A DNA stretch of 63,433 nucleotides, from positions 1 through 63,433 of the forward strand of contig MU626379.1 in the NCBI GenBank assembly GCA_025603075.1, read 5' to 3'. Under the pieces are notes generated by a model that saw only the letters and a list, made by a program, of their open reading frames with translations, ran no database searches and had not been told where the DNA came from. The DNA is from Neoconidiobolus thromboides FSU 785. Taxonomy: Eukaryota > Fungi > Entomophthoromycota. The first letter of the stretch is position 1. Each line of letters begins with the position of its first letter. Shown in pieces: positions 1 through 11,385 of this stretch. Made by a program: the position numbers and the translations under genes.

Positions 1-91
1 ACAAGTTTTAAAAGAAAGTGGTGAACTTGCGAAAGGGTATATCAAAGATAACTTCAGTGATATTATCAAATCTGTTAAAAAGATATTATAA
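1..91 (+). CDS. 3' end of a tandem paralog of the secreted protein at 3483-4601 (partial, runs off the window start)
   Basis: Frame from nt 2 reads QVLKESGELAKGYIKDNFSDIIKSVKKIL*. Bases 1-110 match 4511-4620 with a handful of substitutions, including the stop and proximal 3' UTR. Confidence 0.9.
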   Translation, partial: QVLKESGELAKGYIKDNFSDIIKSVKKIL

Positions 92-898
92 CCTTAGATT
101 TTTAAATAAACATACATTATATTACTATATATAGTTATTATTTTTTCGTGCGTCTCAAAAAATTTATTTTATTTTAGTAAAATATGAAATTTCACAGGTT
201 TAAGTATGTACAAAAAACTAAAGTATAAATCCCACCTAATTCACTTAGCTTTTAACACTAATTGTAATTTTTTTTATAAGAGATAAGCTACAAGTAAAAT
301 TAGTCATTAAAGCTATATGCAAAATATTTCATATTTTTATATTCATATTTAACAATAAAGAGCTATCGATAAATTTCACATATTTAACTTTAAATATTAC
401 TACCTCTACAATCAAAACTGAAACTAAGGTGCAAATATACTCATATCTAAAAATCTTATTTATGTATTGATAATAAGTTGTTAATTATAGTCATATTAAT
501 GTCCGAAATCTACTCTTTGAAAATTGCCAGTTTTATTGTGGTAAATTACACTGCAAAAGGATGACAAGCTAAAATAAAGCTACATATATTTATTGATTGA
601 TTTCAATTTCATTTTTATTGTGCTCATAAAAAATAAACTAAACAATTTATAGCTACACTCTCTTTTATTTAAAAAATACCACTATTCCACCATTTGACTT
701 ATCCTATTTTTGAAATTCAAAGCTTCACTTTTCATATCACAGTAATTCTAAAATCATTTAATAAGCAAGAGTCGACCAAGGTAGTTAAAGCATCTTTTCT
801 ACTTTGGAAGCTGACAAAAGCCTTTGGAAGTACATTTTACAATTTATATTCTTACTTTTATTGTTACTTTCTTTTTGTTATGTTAGATATTTGGTCAC

Positions 899-995
899 TG
901 ATGATGTCTTTTTCTATTCAAGAATTTACAAATATTCGATTCAAATAGTGCCTAAAAAGATGGAAAAAGTGATGAAGCTAAAAAAACATCATTAT
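899..995 (-). mobile_element. MITE-like ~105-bp element, degenerate copy 1
   Basis: Matches the reverse complement of the family core (TTCAAATAGTGCCTAAAAAGATGGAAAAAGTGATGAAGCTAAAAAAACATC); termini eroded. Confidence 0.65.
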
Positions 996-1849
996 CACCC
1001 ATACACACTATACGCTGATCTGATATTGAAGTTAAAAGATACAAAACTTGAAAAAAAGACACTATAATAGATATAATAATAAGCAATAAAAGAGGATAAA
1101 AGATATTTAGATATATAAAAATTAACTACAATAATTAACTAGCTAACAAAGGTGCAAAAATTATTCAGCTTAAAAAAGGTTAGTATCAAAGGACAAGCTA
1201 AAATAAAGAAGACCAAAAGTAAGAAAAAAAGGGCTGTCTATCTCATAATATTATTAAGTAATTTCAAAATCAAAAGATAAGTGTGGGACAAACAATGGAT
1301 ACAGGGTTTAACTTGGTGGGGACAAGATTGAGATGCTAGCAAAAGAAGGAAGGCATAGTAAGTTAAAGTGAGTTAAAGAAAGAAAAGGCCTAGGTACAAT
1401 AAATGGATAAACGATTATTCTATAAAATAATGTGAATGCGAAAAACTGTTTATGGAAAGAGAAACCTATTGTAAAAGTAAGAGCTATAACTTTTAATAAA
1501 AAGAGCAAATACAATAAAGTAAGGAAAAAATCGCGTGGATATTAGAAAATTCTAAAATAAAGTAATTACTGAAGGAAATTGATTGTACTGTTTATCACCA
1601 TTAGTAGTAGTATTGTTGTTTGGTAATAAAAATTATTTTTAATATTATGATAATAAATACAATTCTATTAATAGTTTCTTTATTATAAAAAGATAGAATA
1701 TTTAATTGCTAAAGCTTGATAAATATCTCAAAATTTTATGTTAAATAAATTGTTTTCAATCAAACTATAAGCTTTTCAAAATATATATCCAAACAAGATT
1801 TAAGGCAAGAATATTAATATAACGAAAATAGGGAAAGATTAAATGTTTA

Positions 1850-1937
1850 ATATGGGAGCATTTTTTTTCATTTTTCAAGCACTATTTGAGCGGAAAAATT
1901 GTTAGTAAAATTCTTACACAAAAATACATCCCCATAT
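1850..1937 (+). mobile_element. MITE-like element, copy 2 (left-arm deletion)
   Basis: ATATGGGAGCA...AAGCACTATTTGAGCGGAAAAATTGTTAGTAAAATTCTT...ACATCCCCATAT. Confidence 0.85.
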
Positions 1938-3482
1938 GGTAAACAATATTTGAAAATATATTTAATGTACATTAAAAAATTCATGTTAAGAATAGTTAGA
2001 ATTTCGTTTTTTTAACTGAGGTTAAGCTTTGAATACTTTTAGAAAATTACTCTACTTTATATTATTATTTCAATATTAACTGCTTTAATCTTTTTTTGAT
2101 AAAAACAAGATATAGCGCTATTATAATATCGAACTTAGATTATTTGAGCTGTTTTTTCATTTTTAATTCTTATTTTTATTACAATTTATTAAGTTTCTAC
2201 AATCACCAAAAACAACCTGTATTCCATCTTTGAATTAAAAAACAACTACAATTTATATAATTGCCTTTTGATAATATCTAAAGTTAAAATTTGATACTAC
2301 GTTTTAACAAAAAATAGTGTCAATAAAGTATATCAAGATAGTAAAGATATGAAATGTGATTTTAAAATAAGATACCCGTCGAAATATAAATTTAAAGCAT
2401 GAATTTTAGTATGATCTAACTATAATAGTATCCTCGAGCTAGAAATAGTTAATTTCATTCTATCTTAATCGATTTTATCTATAAACCGTAACTTCAGATT
2501 TGCGCTTTTTTTGTATGTGAAATGATCTTGCCAAACTATATTCTTTAAATCAATCGAACTTTTTGAGTCATTAAATACACCACATATACCTTTTGGCCTG
2601 ATATACAACTTTAGGAAAACTACATTTAAACATTTTTAGAATTTTTAAGCAAATGAGAAGCAGGTAATTCTTTTATTCTCAATAATATGTGCTTATACTG
2701 TAAAGTCGATTTTTGTATATTAATTTAATACAAATAGTAGTTATATTATATTCAAACACTGCTATCAAAATAAATCATATTTTTAATAAATATTAGACCG
2801 AAGCTTAATAAATGACATTAATGTAGCATACTAAATATGGGAACATAGTTTCTATAATAAAAAACTAATAAATATAAACACTTAGTTCTCGAAGAAATAT
2901 AATAAATATAATAACTGAAGCATTATTGATTAGCAGCAAACTAGGTAACTTGTATGGCGTCAAGTACAGTGAGTAATTTAGCATAATTTTAAAGAGCCAA
3001 TTAATTTAAAATAAATTCACAGAATAGAATAGAGCTCTTAGATCTCTATTGCGACTTAACTTGCGATGAATTTTAGAATATGTTGTTTGATTTTTTAGGC
3101 CTATCTCTTGGAATTTTAGCCTGACTTTAACAAAATTTTATTCTCAAATTAATAGTTAATAAAGTCGTAATATAACTGTAACAGCTGTAAAGAATTTCAA
3201 CAGGCTGAAAGTTAAATAAAGTTAAAAAAATTCTTTAGATTATTCATTAAACTTTCGAGGAATGTAACTGCCTGTACTATTTTAGTACCTTTATGCTTAC
3301 TTTATAATAGAAGTATCTCTTAAGAATTCTATTTATTTATTCTTTAATAATTTATACTCATTATTAGCTAAAATTACTAAACTAGAATCTTATTATGATT
3401 AATACTTATTTCATATTTGGTATTTTAGTATTAAAAAAAACTATATATATGAAGCGAAAACAAGCCAACAATATACAAAAAA

Positions 3483-4601
3483 ATGTTTCTATTATTATCA
3501 CTTCTATTTTTCATCACTGACATCTTAAGTCAAGATCCTCTTGGATTGACTTACTTAGATAAGACCTGTTATAAAGTTGACTATGATATGGTTTGGTTTG
3601 AAGTTGATATCTCACCAAAATACCAACGTAATTGCCAACCACTACACCACTGGGTACCGATATTAGGAAAAGATAAGCAGTCAAAGGACTGGTATTATGG
3701 GAAGAGTTGTCACCATTGGTCCAAGTCCTGTTGCTTAACATGCCGACAATATTGTACTGATAATTTTCGTGTAAAGACCTCGGATTCAATTAGTGAAATG
3801 AAAGATTTAAATGTCATGGAAATCACATCTACAAACAAAGAGAGAGATTATTTGTATGTTGCACCTAATATTGGAAGTAAAAATTATGTTTCTGTGGATT
3901 TAAGACAAGGTTTAAGATCAATCATCATTCCTATGGACAATTTACATCCAGATGATCAAAACTATCGTCAAGTCTTTCAAATTAAAATGACTGAAAGTAT
4001 AGTCACCAAGATCTTGAATAACACCAACTTATATAAAAGGGATGCTCAAACAATTCAATCTGATGATCATGTATTAGGAGTTGACAAGATTTGTTTATTG
4101 GCTAATGATGTGTTACGAACTGCTGCTATGCAGTATGATTTTAGTAGATGTTTTCAACTAATCTCAAACAAAGATACTCGTTCTAGTTGTGGTTTTTGGG
4201 GTACTGATTATGATAATGATCGTGGCTACTACTGCGGATCAAGTAAAGTATCCAATAAAGCTACTGATTTAGCCTCTTGTCTTCGAAACTTACCTTTAAT
4301 TAATGCTTCAAAAATGGCCTATAACAATAAAGCTTTAGATGTTTTAAGAACTGCTGTAATTGCTGGGATTGAATCCATTCCGTACGCAGGGTTAGTTTTA
4401 GCTGCTACCACCAATGCCATTTTAGGTCCTACTGCAGATGAAATGATCCTAAATGAATATAAAGGAGCTCAGTTTAATGAAAAACTAATTATCCTTAATG
4501 GGGTTCGTAAACAAGTTTTAAAAGAAAGTGGTAATCTTGCAAAAGGGTATATCAAAGACAACTTCAGTGACATTATCAAATCTGTTAAAAAGATATTATA
4601 A
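3483..4601 (+). CDS. Secreted Cys-rich protein of unknown function, 372 aa, single exon
   Basis: Uninterrupted ORF with an N-terminal hydrophobic signal-like segment, 12 Cys, LYKR|DA at residues 183-188, a hydrophobic segment at ~285-316 and an amphipathic C-terminus. A near-identical paralog ends at nt 91. Confidence 0.8.
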   Translation: MFLLLSLLFFITDILSQDPLGLTYLDKTCYKVDYDMVWFEVDISPKYQRNCQPLHHWVPILGKDKQSKDWYYGKSCHHWSKSCCLTCRQYCTDNFRVKTSDSISEMKDLNVMEITSTNKERDYLYVAPNIGSKNYVSVDLRQGLRSIIIPMDNLHPDDQNYRQVFQIKMTESIVTKILNNTNLYKRDAQTIQSDDHVLGVDKICLLANDVLRTAAMQYDFSRCFQLISNKDTRSSCGFWGTDYDNDRGYYCGSSKVSNKATDLASCLRNLPLINASKMAYNNKALDVLRTAVIAGIESIPYAGLVLAATTNAILGPTADEMILNEYKGAQFNEKLIILNGVRKQVLKESGNLAKGYIKDNFSDIIKSVKKIL

Positions 4602-4978
4602 CCTTAGATTTTTAAATAAACGTACATCAAATTTACTATTATTACTATTTTTTTTACAAGTCTAAAAAAAAATTAATGATAAAAAACTATTGATACCTTC
4701 AATTATTTGATCCTGAAGATTATATTTATACAATCTAACTTTAGCATCTAATTACACTCATATTAATATGTTCATTTGTGTATATTTAATAGTTAATTAT
4801 TAACTATAGAAATAATTGTTTTTAAAACCAAATCTTTAAAAATAGTTGTCTAATAATCGAATCTACAATTTAAAATAAAATAGAGACAAAAGTTTATAAA
4901 CCCATATAATTAATAGACTCTTAAAAATATATAACTCATCAAAACATTTATTAATAAATCAAACTTGTACGATTTAAT

Positions 4979-6256
4979 TCATTCCTTTCTCTTTTCTACT
5001 TCTTTTTCCCACTGTTTATCTGCTTTACTTTGTATACTTGATACCAACTGTGCCACTCCTAATAAAAACATATTAGCTCTACACTGATTCTGCCTTTAAT
5101 ATCAAATTATATTACCTCTTCCACTATTGACACCTAGATTTAAAGAAACAGTCAAGGGGCTCATAGCCCCCATCTCCAAACCTTGTTGTAATCGATGAAC
5201 CAACTGTTGAAACGATTCACTATTTAAAACTTGTTGAATTCCTTTTTTACCTTGAGGCCTTAAACTAGCTGGAATTAAAGGTAATAATTCTAACTATCAT
5301 AAGCTATTATATTAAAATAATAACAGTTAAATTACTTTCAGTAACCCCTGGGTCGTCTAACAAATTTGATAATTGATTGGGTTGAAAGACACTGTTTAAT
5401 TGAATATTATTTGATATATCATATTTCTTTAAACTGGAGTTAACTGGATCCGAATTTGTAATAGATTCTAATAAAAGCTATTAGTAGGGGAATATATAAA
5501 TCAATTTAAAATTACGTAAATTCGTTGGAATCATATTGCTTAGCATTCTAGCTTCATTCAACCTTTTTTCTTTTTCTTCTGCAGTCTCACTAAAAAATAA
5601 AAATGCTATATAGTAATCATAGTACAAATCTTACTCATCTAATAAAGATGTAAATATTTATTAATGTGTTTTTTTTAAAGAACGTTACCTGAAATAGAAA
5701 ATAGATCCCAATCTTTAATAGGGTCATTATTTTCCCCTTTAAATAGAGCATTAAAAAAGTGAAATGCTTTTTTTAAGTTATTTTCATTTTCGTTTTTAAA
5801 CCAAAATAAACTCATTTTTCCCTCTTCATCTTTTAAATAAAAACTACTGCGACCTTCTATTGCCCTCAACTCCCCCTTTCCTTGTTTGAAATACCATCTC
5901 TGATTAAAATTAGTTATTTTATCTTTATTGCTAAGCATTGTATTTACTTCGTTTTCACTGCTATCAGTATTGGTATTATTAGAACTAATCTCCTCCCAAC
6001 TTAAACTCCATGTTAATTGAGGTTCATGACTCTTTTTTGATTAAGTTCATAATAGCCTTTAAATTAAAAAAATGTAATTTACCTTGAGAAGATAAAGATA
6101 ACTTTTAATAAATTAGTGTTAATGAAGTAAAGATCAAATTAAACAATTTTAATACCCTAATCGATTATCTGGTTCTACTAAATTACTGTCTTTAACCCTC
6201 TTCAATTTACCACAAGTTATTGGAAATGGATGTTCAAATTTTTCAATATTACTCAT
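4979..6256 (-). CDS. RPN13: Divergent Rpn13/ADRM1-like proteasome ubiquitin receptor (multi-exon)
   Basis: Spliced N-terminus CGKLKRVKDSNLVEPDNRLGYLYL...W...EGRSSFYLK...LFWFK resembles the Pru domain. C-terminus LLPLIPASLRPQGKKGIQQVLNSESFQQLVHRLQQGLEMGAMSPL...GVAQLVSSIQ resembles the UCH37-binding (DEUBAD) domain. ORF-track entry 5675..5938 is part of this gene and reads on the minus strand. Confidence 0.7.
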
Positions 6257-6473
6257 CGTTTCTAAAAGTTAAAAGAATTAAATTATTTTCAAAAAACTTA
6301 AAGTCTGTTTATAAAACTGCAATTTCTAATTACGTAGCTTTTTTGAGTTTTGAAGCAAATAATTTTAAAATAGTTAGATAAAAATTATCAAATAACATAA
6401 CTGAAGATAATATGGAATAATGCTTTATTTATTGACTAATATACAAATATACAGATAACACAGATAGTACTAA

Positions 6474-7255
6474 TTAAACAAGATTCATAATGACACCATT
6501 GAAACTAATTGAGTTCTTATTTAAAAACTTGACTTTATCAGAATTTCGGGTACCATTAAACGTAGTGGTAATAATCAAAGTTTCATTATCAAATCTATCT
6601 AAAGTAAAGAAACCACGAGAGAACCATGTCGGTACACCATCTTTGCAATAATATTTGAGTATCTGTCCATTATTAGTGATCTCCAATTTGGTTGCAATCG
6701 AGCATTTATCTTCCTATAATCCCGTTATTATATTACTAAATTCCATATAGCACTACAAAATCAACTTACCTGATTTGGTGCAGCTTGATATTTGCCAAAC
6801 AGATCTTCTAATTTTGAAAATCTAGAGTCATCGTTGACTTTTATCAACTCCAGATTATTATAAACTAGAACCGAGTCATTCGATTCTAGCTTATATTCCA
6901 CTTGATTATTTCCACCATTACTATATAATTCTTGAATAGTATTATCATCCTTTTTATGCCTAATTATAATTTTAGTGCTGTTGATTATTAATTAAATAAT
7001 GTTATTACCATATTCCAAAGACCAATTTATAGCCACTGCTTGTATCACATATCTTTTTAATTAAAGTTTGGTCTTTAGCATAGGTAAGATCCATAACTGT
7101 TGAGTTAGTACAATCCGCCTAGTAATCAAATATAAGTAAACAACATAAAGGTAGTGAGTAAACTAAGTTACATTAGTAGAAGTTAACTTATAGGTACCAG
7201 TAATATCGGATACTACAAGGGAAGCTAAATAGAAGAATAATACAGAGTACTTCAT
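6474..7255 (-). CDS. Small secreted protein (~207 aa, 4 exons) with two repeated beta-rich, lipocalin-like units
   Basis: ATG at 7255 and signal peptide MKYSVLFFYLASLVVS. Three GT-AG introns join into a stop-free frame ending in the ORF-track peptide EITNNGQILKYYCKDG...NLV*. Confidence 0.7.
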
Positions 7256-8352
7256 TTTGTTGGTATTTTTTGATATTTTTTTGATAATGTTGTTGATAAA
7301 TTCAGTTTCTATTTATACTTTTTTTTTCTGTTATAATCTAAACTGTAAATTAAGCTTATTATAAAATTAGACTTGATGTGATGTCATTTTTAAAATGTTT
7401 TAAAAATCGACTTGTCAATTAGTATTATTTTATCCAGGTTTTAAAAATGACCTTATTCTTTTTTAATATTTTATTTTTTTATAAATTATAATCAAGAGAG
7501 TTTTCATGTAGAACTCTATTATTGTCTTTACAATTTATTATTATCATCATTAATATACTAAGAAATCTATTTTTAAACATTGAATAAAAAAATAAATAAC
7601 AGTTCGACCTAAAATAGAATGTCATTATCTATTAACTTGTATTATTTTTCATAATACGTCAATAGTTTTTGTTTTTAGTGGTATTAAATATAAAAATATA
7701 ATTTTATTGCAATATTACTAATTTATCACTTAATAATATTAAAAATATCTTTATAAGCTTAAAAATATAATAAATTTCTATTTAGCTAAATATAGTTAAT
7801 TAATCAGCTTTTTATTTATAAAGTATAGCTAAATATTAAACTAAAAACACCAACTGTTAAACAACATAATCTTTTATTTAGTTAAATTACTTGAATACTT
7901 TTAAATTTGAACATTAAAATATAGCTTTTATTATATTATATTTCAATAGAATATCCCCACCCCCATAAAACTGATTAATGAGTTTTTGTCCCCTAAGTTT
8001 AAAGTTATTTCTATTCAACATTGGCCTTATTTTAAAAAATAAACTGGGCTGAATAGTTGAATAATAATACTTAAAAGAATTCAAGGCTGCGGTTCAAATA
8101 TTCAGAAAATTGACTTAATGTAAGCTTCAGTTTAAATATAATCAGTTAAAAATAAAAGAGACGATAAAATAAGATTAAAACATAAACTATTTCATAATAA
8201 GACCCATGATACAATGTAATAAAAAATGAAGGTCATAGATTCAATTAACATCATTATTAAATAAATAACATACTTTAGTTAGCTATTAATAGCCAAAACA
8301 ATGAAAAATGCTATAGTAAAAATAGATAAAAATAACTGGAATAATTACCAGT

Positions 8353-8455
8353 ATATGTGGATGTATTTTTTTGCTTAACAATTTTTCTATTTTTTAAGCA
8401 ATATTTGAGTGGAAAAATCGCTAGTAAATTCCTTAAATAAAGATATATCTCATAT
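8353..8455 (+). mobile_element. MITE-like element, copy 3
   Basis: ATATGTGGATGT...AAGCAATATTTGAGTGGAAAAATCGCTAGTAAA...ATCTCATAT. Confidence 0.8.
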
Positions 8456-8955
8456 GCTTGGGATTCTCAGAAAAGTAACTTAAATACTGATATAGAAAAT
8501 AGAATAATATAAAAACTCTATGATTAGACTATATTATAGCTTATCAACTATGGTATATAGAAGATAATGATATACTGAAATTAAGAATAAATGGTAAAAG
8601 AAATAGTTTATATAAAAATAATTCAAAATAAAAGTGAGAAAGTATAAATGAGACAAAGTGATCAATTATTAAATTACTATAAAGCTATAGAAACAAAGAA
8701 TGGTCCAACAAGTACATTTTCACCTTCATTATAGCTTCCAGTTAATTTCTACAATATAATTTTCCATTCAATACAAGTATATGTTTCAATATCTTAACCG
8801 AGTGTAGTAAAAAATATGTTTTTATAACAGACAAACTTTTTTACAAATTTATTATTAATAAAATCTATTTATATATAGTGCTCGTTTTCAATCACAAGAT
8901 ATATATATTATAGTATCTTTATTTTTATATTAAAGAAAAAATCATAAAAGTACTT

Positions 8956-9057
8956 TATAGAGATGCATTTTTTAGTTAAAATTTTACTAAACAATCTTCT
9001 GTTCAAACAGCACTTAAAAATGGAAAAAGTGATGAAGCCAAAAAAACATCCCCATAT
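8956..9057 (-). mobile_element. MITE-like element, copy 4
   Basis: Reverse orientation; ends TGGAAAAAGTGATGAAGCCAAAAAAACATCCCCATAT. Confidence 0.8.
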
Positions 9058-9506
9058 CTAGCTCAAGGATAATGAATATAAAGGTTTTTAAACTATTAAG
9101 ATTTTTTGTAACTATTTGTAACTTTTTTTATAAAATAGTAATTAAATGTATCAGTATTCTTTATTCAATATATTAATATTAATATTGTATATATAAAATC
9201 AATTAATATGTTAATTTATTGATATTTAATACAACCAATAAATTTCAAAAAACAAAAATTTCAAAAGTAATATTCAATTTCAAGTTCTAGATTTAAAAAA
9301 AACAATTAAAAGTTCTAAAATATAATTAAATAAAATATAAAATAAAACACTTTTAATAAATTGACATAATTAATTAAACTAAACATTTATTGTAAATATT
9401 TAATTATAAAACTATGTGATTTATATGAACTTAGTTGAATTTTTGTTTTTTAAAAAAGTATTTGAAGTTACTTGAATTCTAACTTACGTTTTGATAACGT
9501 CTTAGA

Positions 9507-10514
9507 ATGGATATAGAAAAGTATCATAGTAGTATTATAGAATGGATTCAATTTTTATTAAGTATTCTATCAATTATGTTAAATTTAATAGTGATTATTA
9601 AAACATTTAAAAATAAGCAAGGAAACAATATTCAATTTAACATAACTTTTATTTTAATTCTAGCTTCTTGTTTAATCAATTTACTCTTACCGACTTTTAG
9701 TATATCGCAACATATAATTAGTATTATATCAAATGATAACTTTTTAAATAATGTAATTTTTTGTCAATCGCTAGGTTTAATAACGACTTTGATACCTTAT
9801 TTATCAGTTTGTCTTACGACTATTTTAACTATACATAAGTATCAACATATTCAAGATAATAATAATGATAATAATAGTAATAGTAATAAAAAAAGATATA
9901 TAATTTATTTTTTAATATCAATAATACTTGGAATTATCTTAAGTGTATTACCAATCATTAATAAAGAATATATAATAACTAATTCTCAATTGACGTGTTA
10001 TTTTAATACTAATATGTCCATCTTAGGAAATTTGTGGTATATTTATTGGATATTATTTATGAGTATAAATTTATTAATGATTGTTATATTTCATTTAAAA
10101 TGTATAATTTATATAAGAAATAAAAATAAACGATTAAGTAAACCGTTAGAAAAATTGGGATTAAAAATAGAAGATGTTGTTATACAAGAAGAGATTGTCA
10201 AAAAGCCAACAGCTACTTTCAATAAATTAGAACATATTATGAATTTAAATTTAAAAAAGAAACATATAACTACAACTAAAACTAGTTCAAAATCAAAAGT
10301 TTCAGTATTATTTAGTTTAATTATTTTTTTAACAACATATAATTTGATTTATATACCTGTCATTCTCTTGACTCTTTTAAATTTATTCAATGTTAATGTA
10401 TCTTCATTTGGATTTATTATATTATCTTTATTATTATCATTCAATACTTTAATTGATCCCATCTTGATCCTTTTTCTATATCCTTCTTATTATAAATTTA
10501 GTTCTACTTTTTAA
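9507..10514 (+). CDS. Class A (rhodopsin-like) 7TM receptor-like protein, single exon
   Basis: 335 aa with seven hydrophobic segments. TM3 Cys (FCQSLG) and ECL2 Cys (LTCY) are present; HKY sits at the DRY position, YIP in TM6 and DPIL at the NPxxY position. Confidence 0.75.
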   Translation: MDIEKYHSSIIEWIQFLLSILSIMLNLIVIIKTFKNKQGNNIQFNITFILILASCLINLLLPTFSISQHIISIISNDNFLNNVIFCQSLGLITTLIPYLSVCLTTILTIHKYQHIQDNNNDNNSNSNKKRYIIYFLISIILGIILSVLPIINKEYIITNSQLTCYFNTNMSILGNLWYIYWILFMSINLLMIVIFHLKCIIYIRNKNKRLSKPLEKLGLKIEDVVIQEEIVKKPTATFNKLEHIMNLNLKKKHITTTKTSSKSKVSVLFSLIIFLTTYNLIYIPVILLTLLNLFNVNVSSFGFIILSLLLSFNTLIDPILILFLYPSYYKFSSTF

Positions 10515-10641
10515 AGAATATACTTCTCTGGTTCAGAATTATAAATAAATTATAATAAATAAAATTAATTATAAAAAAACATACTTTGTTATTATCAATT
10601 TTTTCTTTATTTTCTTCATTAATCATTTCATGGACTCTTGT

Positions 10642-11385
10642 TCACTCTCTTTCCACCAAGTATAACTTATACAAAGCGGGAGTAACTTGTTTAAAAGTTT
10701 GTTCATAACAACTAATTACTGTTACTTTACAGCCCAATGGTTCATAAAGTTCTCTAACATTATCTTCCGAAACCGAATGAGGTGGTCCATTTTGATATTT
10801 TAAATCATAATAAAAACAATTCAATAATATCTTTGCTCTAGGTTTCAATAATTTCATTATAGTATTTACATATTTTTTTCTTAATTCTGGGTTCATAGCA
10901 GTCAATGCTCCACGATCAAAACAAAAATCAGCCAACTGAACCTTCCCATCGGTAACTAATTCTGGTGTATTGAACAAATCTCCTTTGATGATTTTCAAAT
11001 TTGTATTATCTTGAACATATTCATAGATTTGTGCGTCTTTTACTTCATTAACGTTATATGACATTAACTCATTCTCACTAAAAAATTCTTTAATACATTG
11101 TTCAACGAGTTCGATACCAATAACATTCATCTTCCTTTCTTGGATACAATAAGCCATATCAATAGTTTTTCCACATAATGGAAATAAAATTGTTTTATCG
11201 TAATTGCTCTCATCTAAAGTTAATTTGTCAAAGTTATTGAATAAGTCACTAAAAAATAATATTTAGTATATTATTATAACTAGTAAGATCACAAATTACG
11301 GATGCTTCTCTGCTTTATGCCAAAAATTGAGATTATCTTTCCATAAGCCTTGCCAAAACTCTTTGTTTTTAGTGGAATCTTCCAT
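10642..11385 (-). CDS. TPMT: Thiopurine S-methyltransferase (TPMT)-family SAM-dependent methyltransferase
   Basis: Exon 1 reads MEDSTKNKEFWQGLWKDNLNFWHKAEKHP. Later motifs ILFPLCGKTIDM, VIGIELVEQCI, GDLF, FDRGALTAM and GPPHSV are typical of the TPMT family. Confidence 0.85.

Noticed and set aside
563-1208. 17-bp direct repeat GACAAGCTAAAATAAAG at 563 and 1192
   Set aside because: A-rich and isolated, with no enclosed element structure; could be chance or an unresolvable relic.
694-1514. Short ORF-track entries in intergenic DNA (also 22299-22589, 35854-36051, 39848-40054, 51161-51382, 54276-54467, 55789-55980)
   Set aside because: Low-complexity AT-rich translations without motifs; several simply read through copies of the MITE-like element.
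1020-1560. A-rich, purine-skewed stretch with Trp-rich peptide fragments, resembling a decayed retroelement (similar skew at 8480-8700)
   Set aside because: No RT, endonuclease or integrase motif is recognisable, and there are many stops.
5675-5938. ORF-track entry labelled + strand
   Set aside because: The plus strand at 5675 reads TTA AAG AAC. The listed peptide matches the reverse complement (ATG at 5938, TAA at 5675) and is an internal part of the minus-strand Rpn13-like gene, so the label is wrong.
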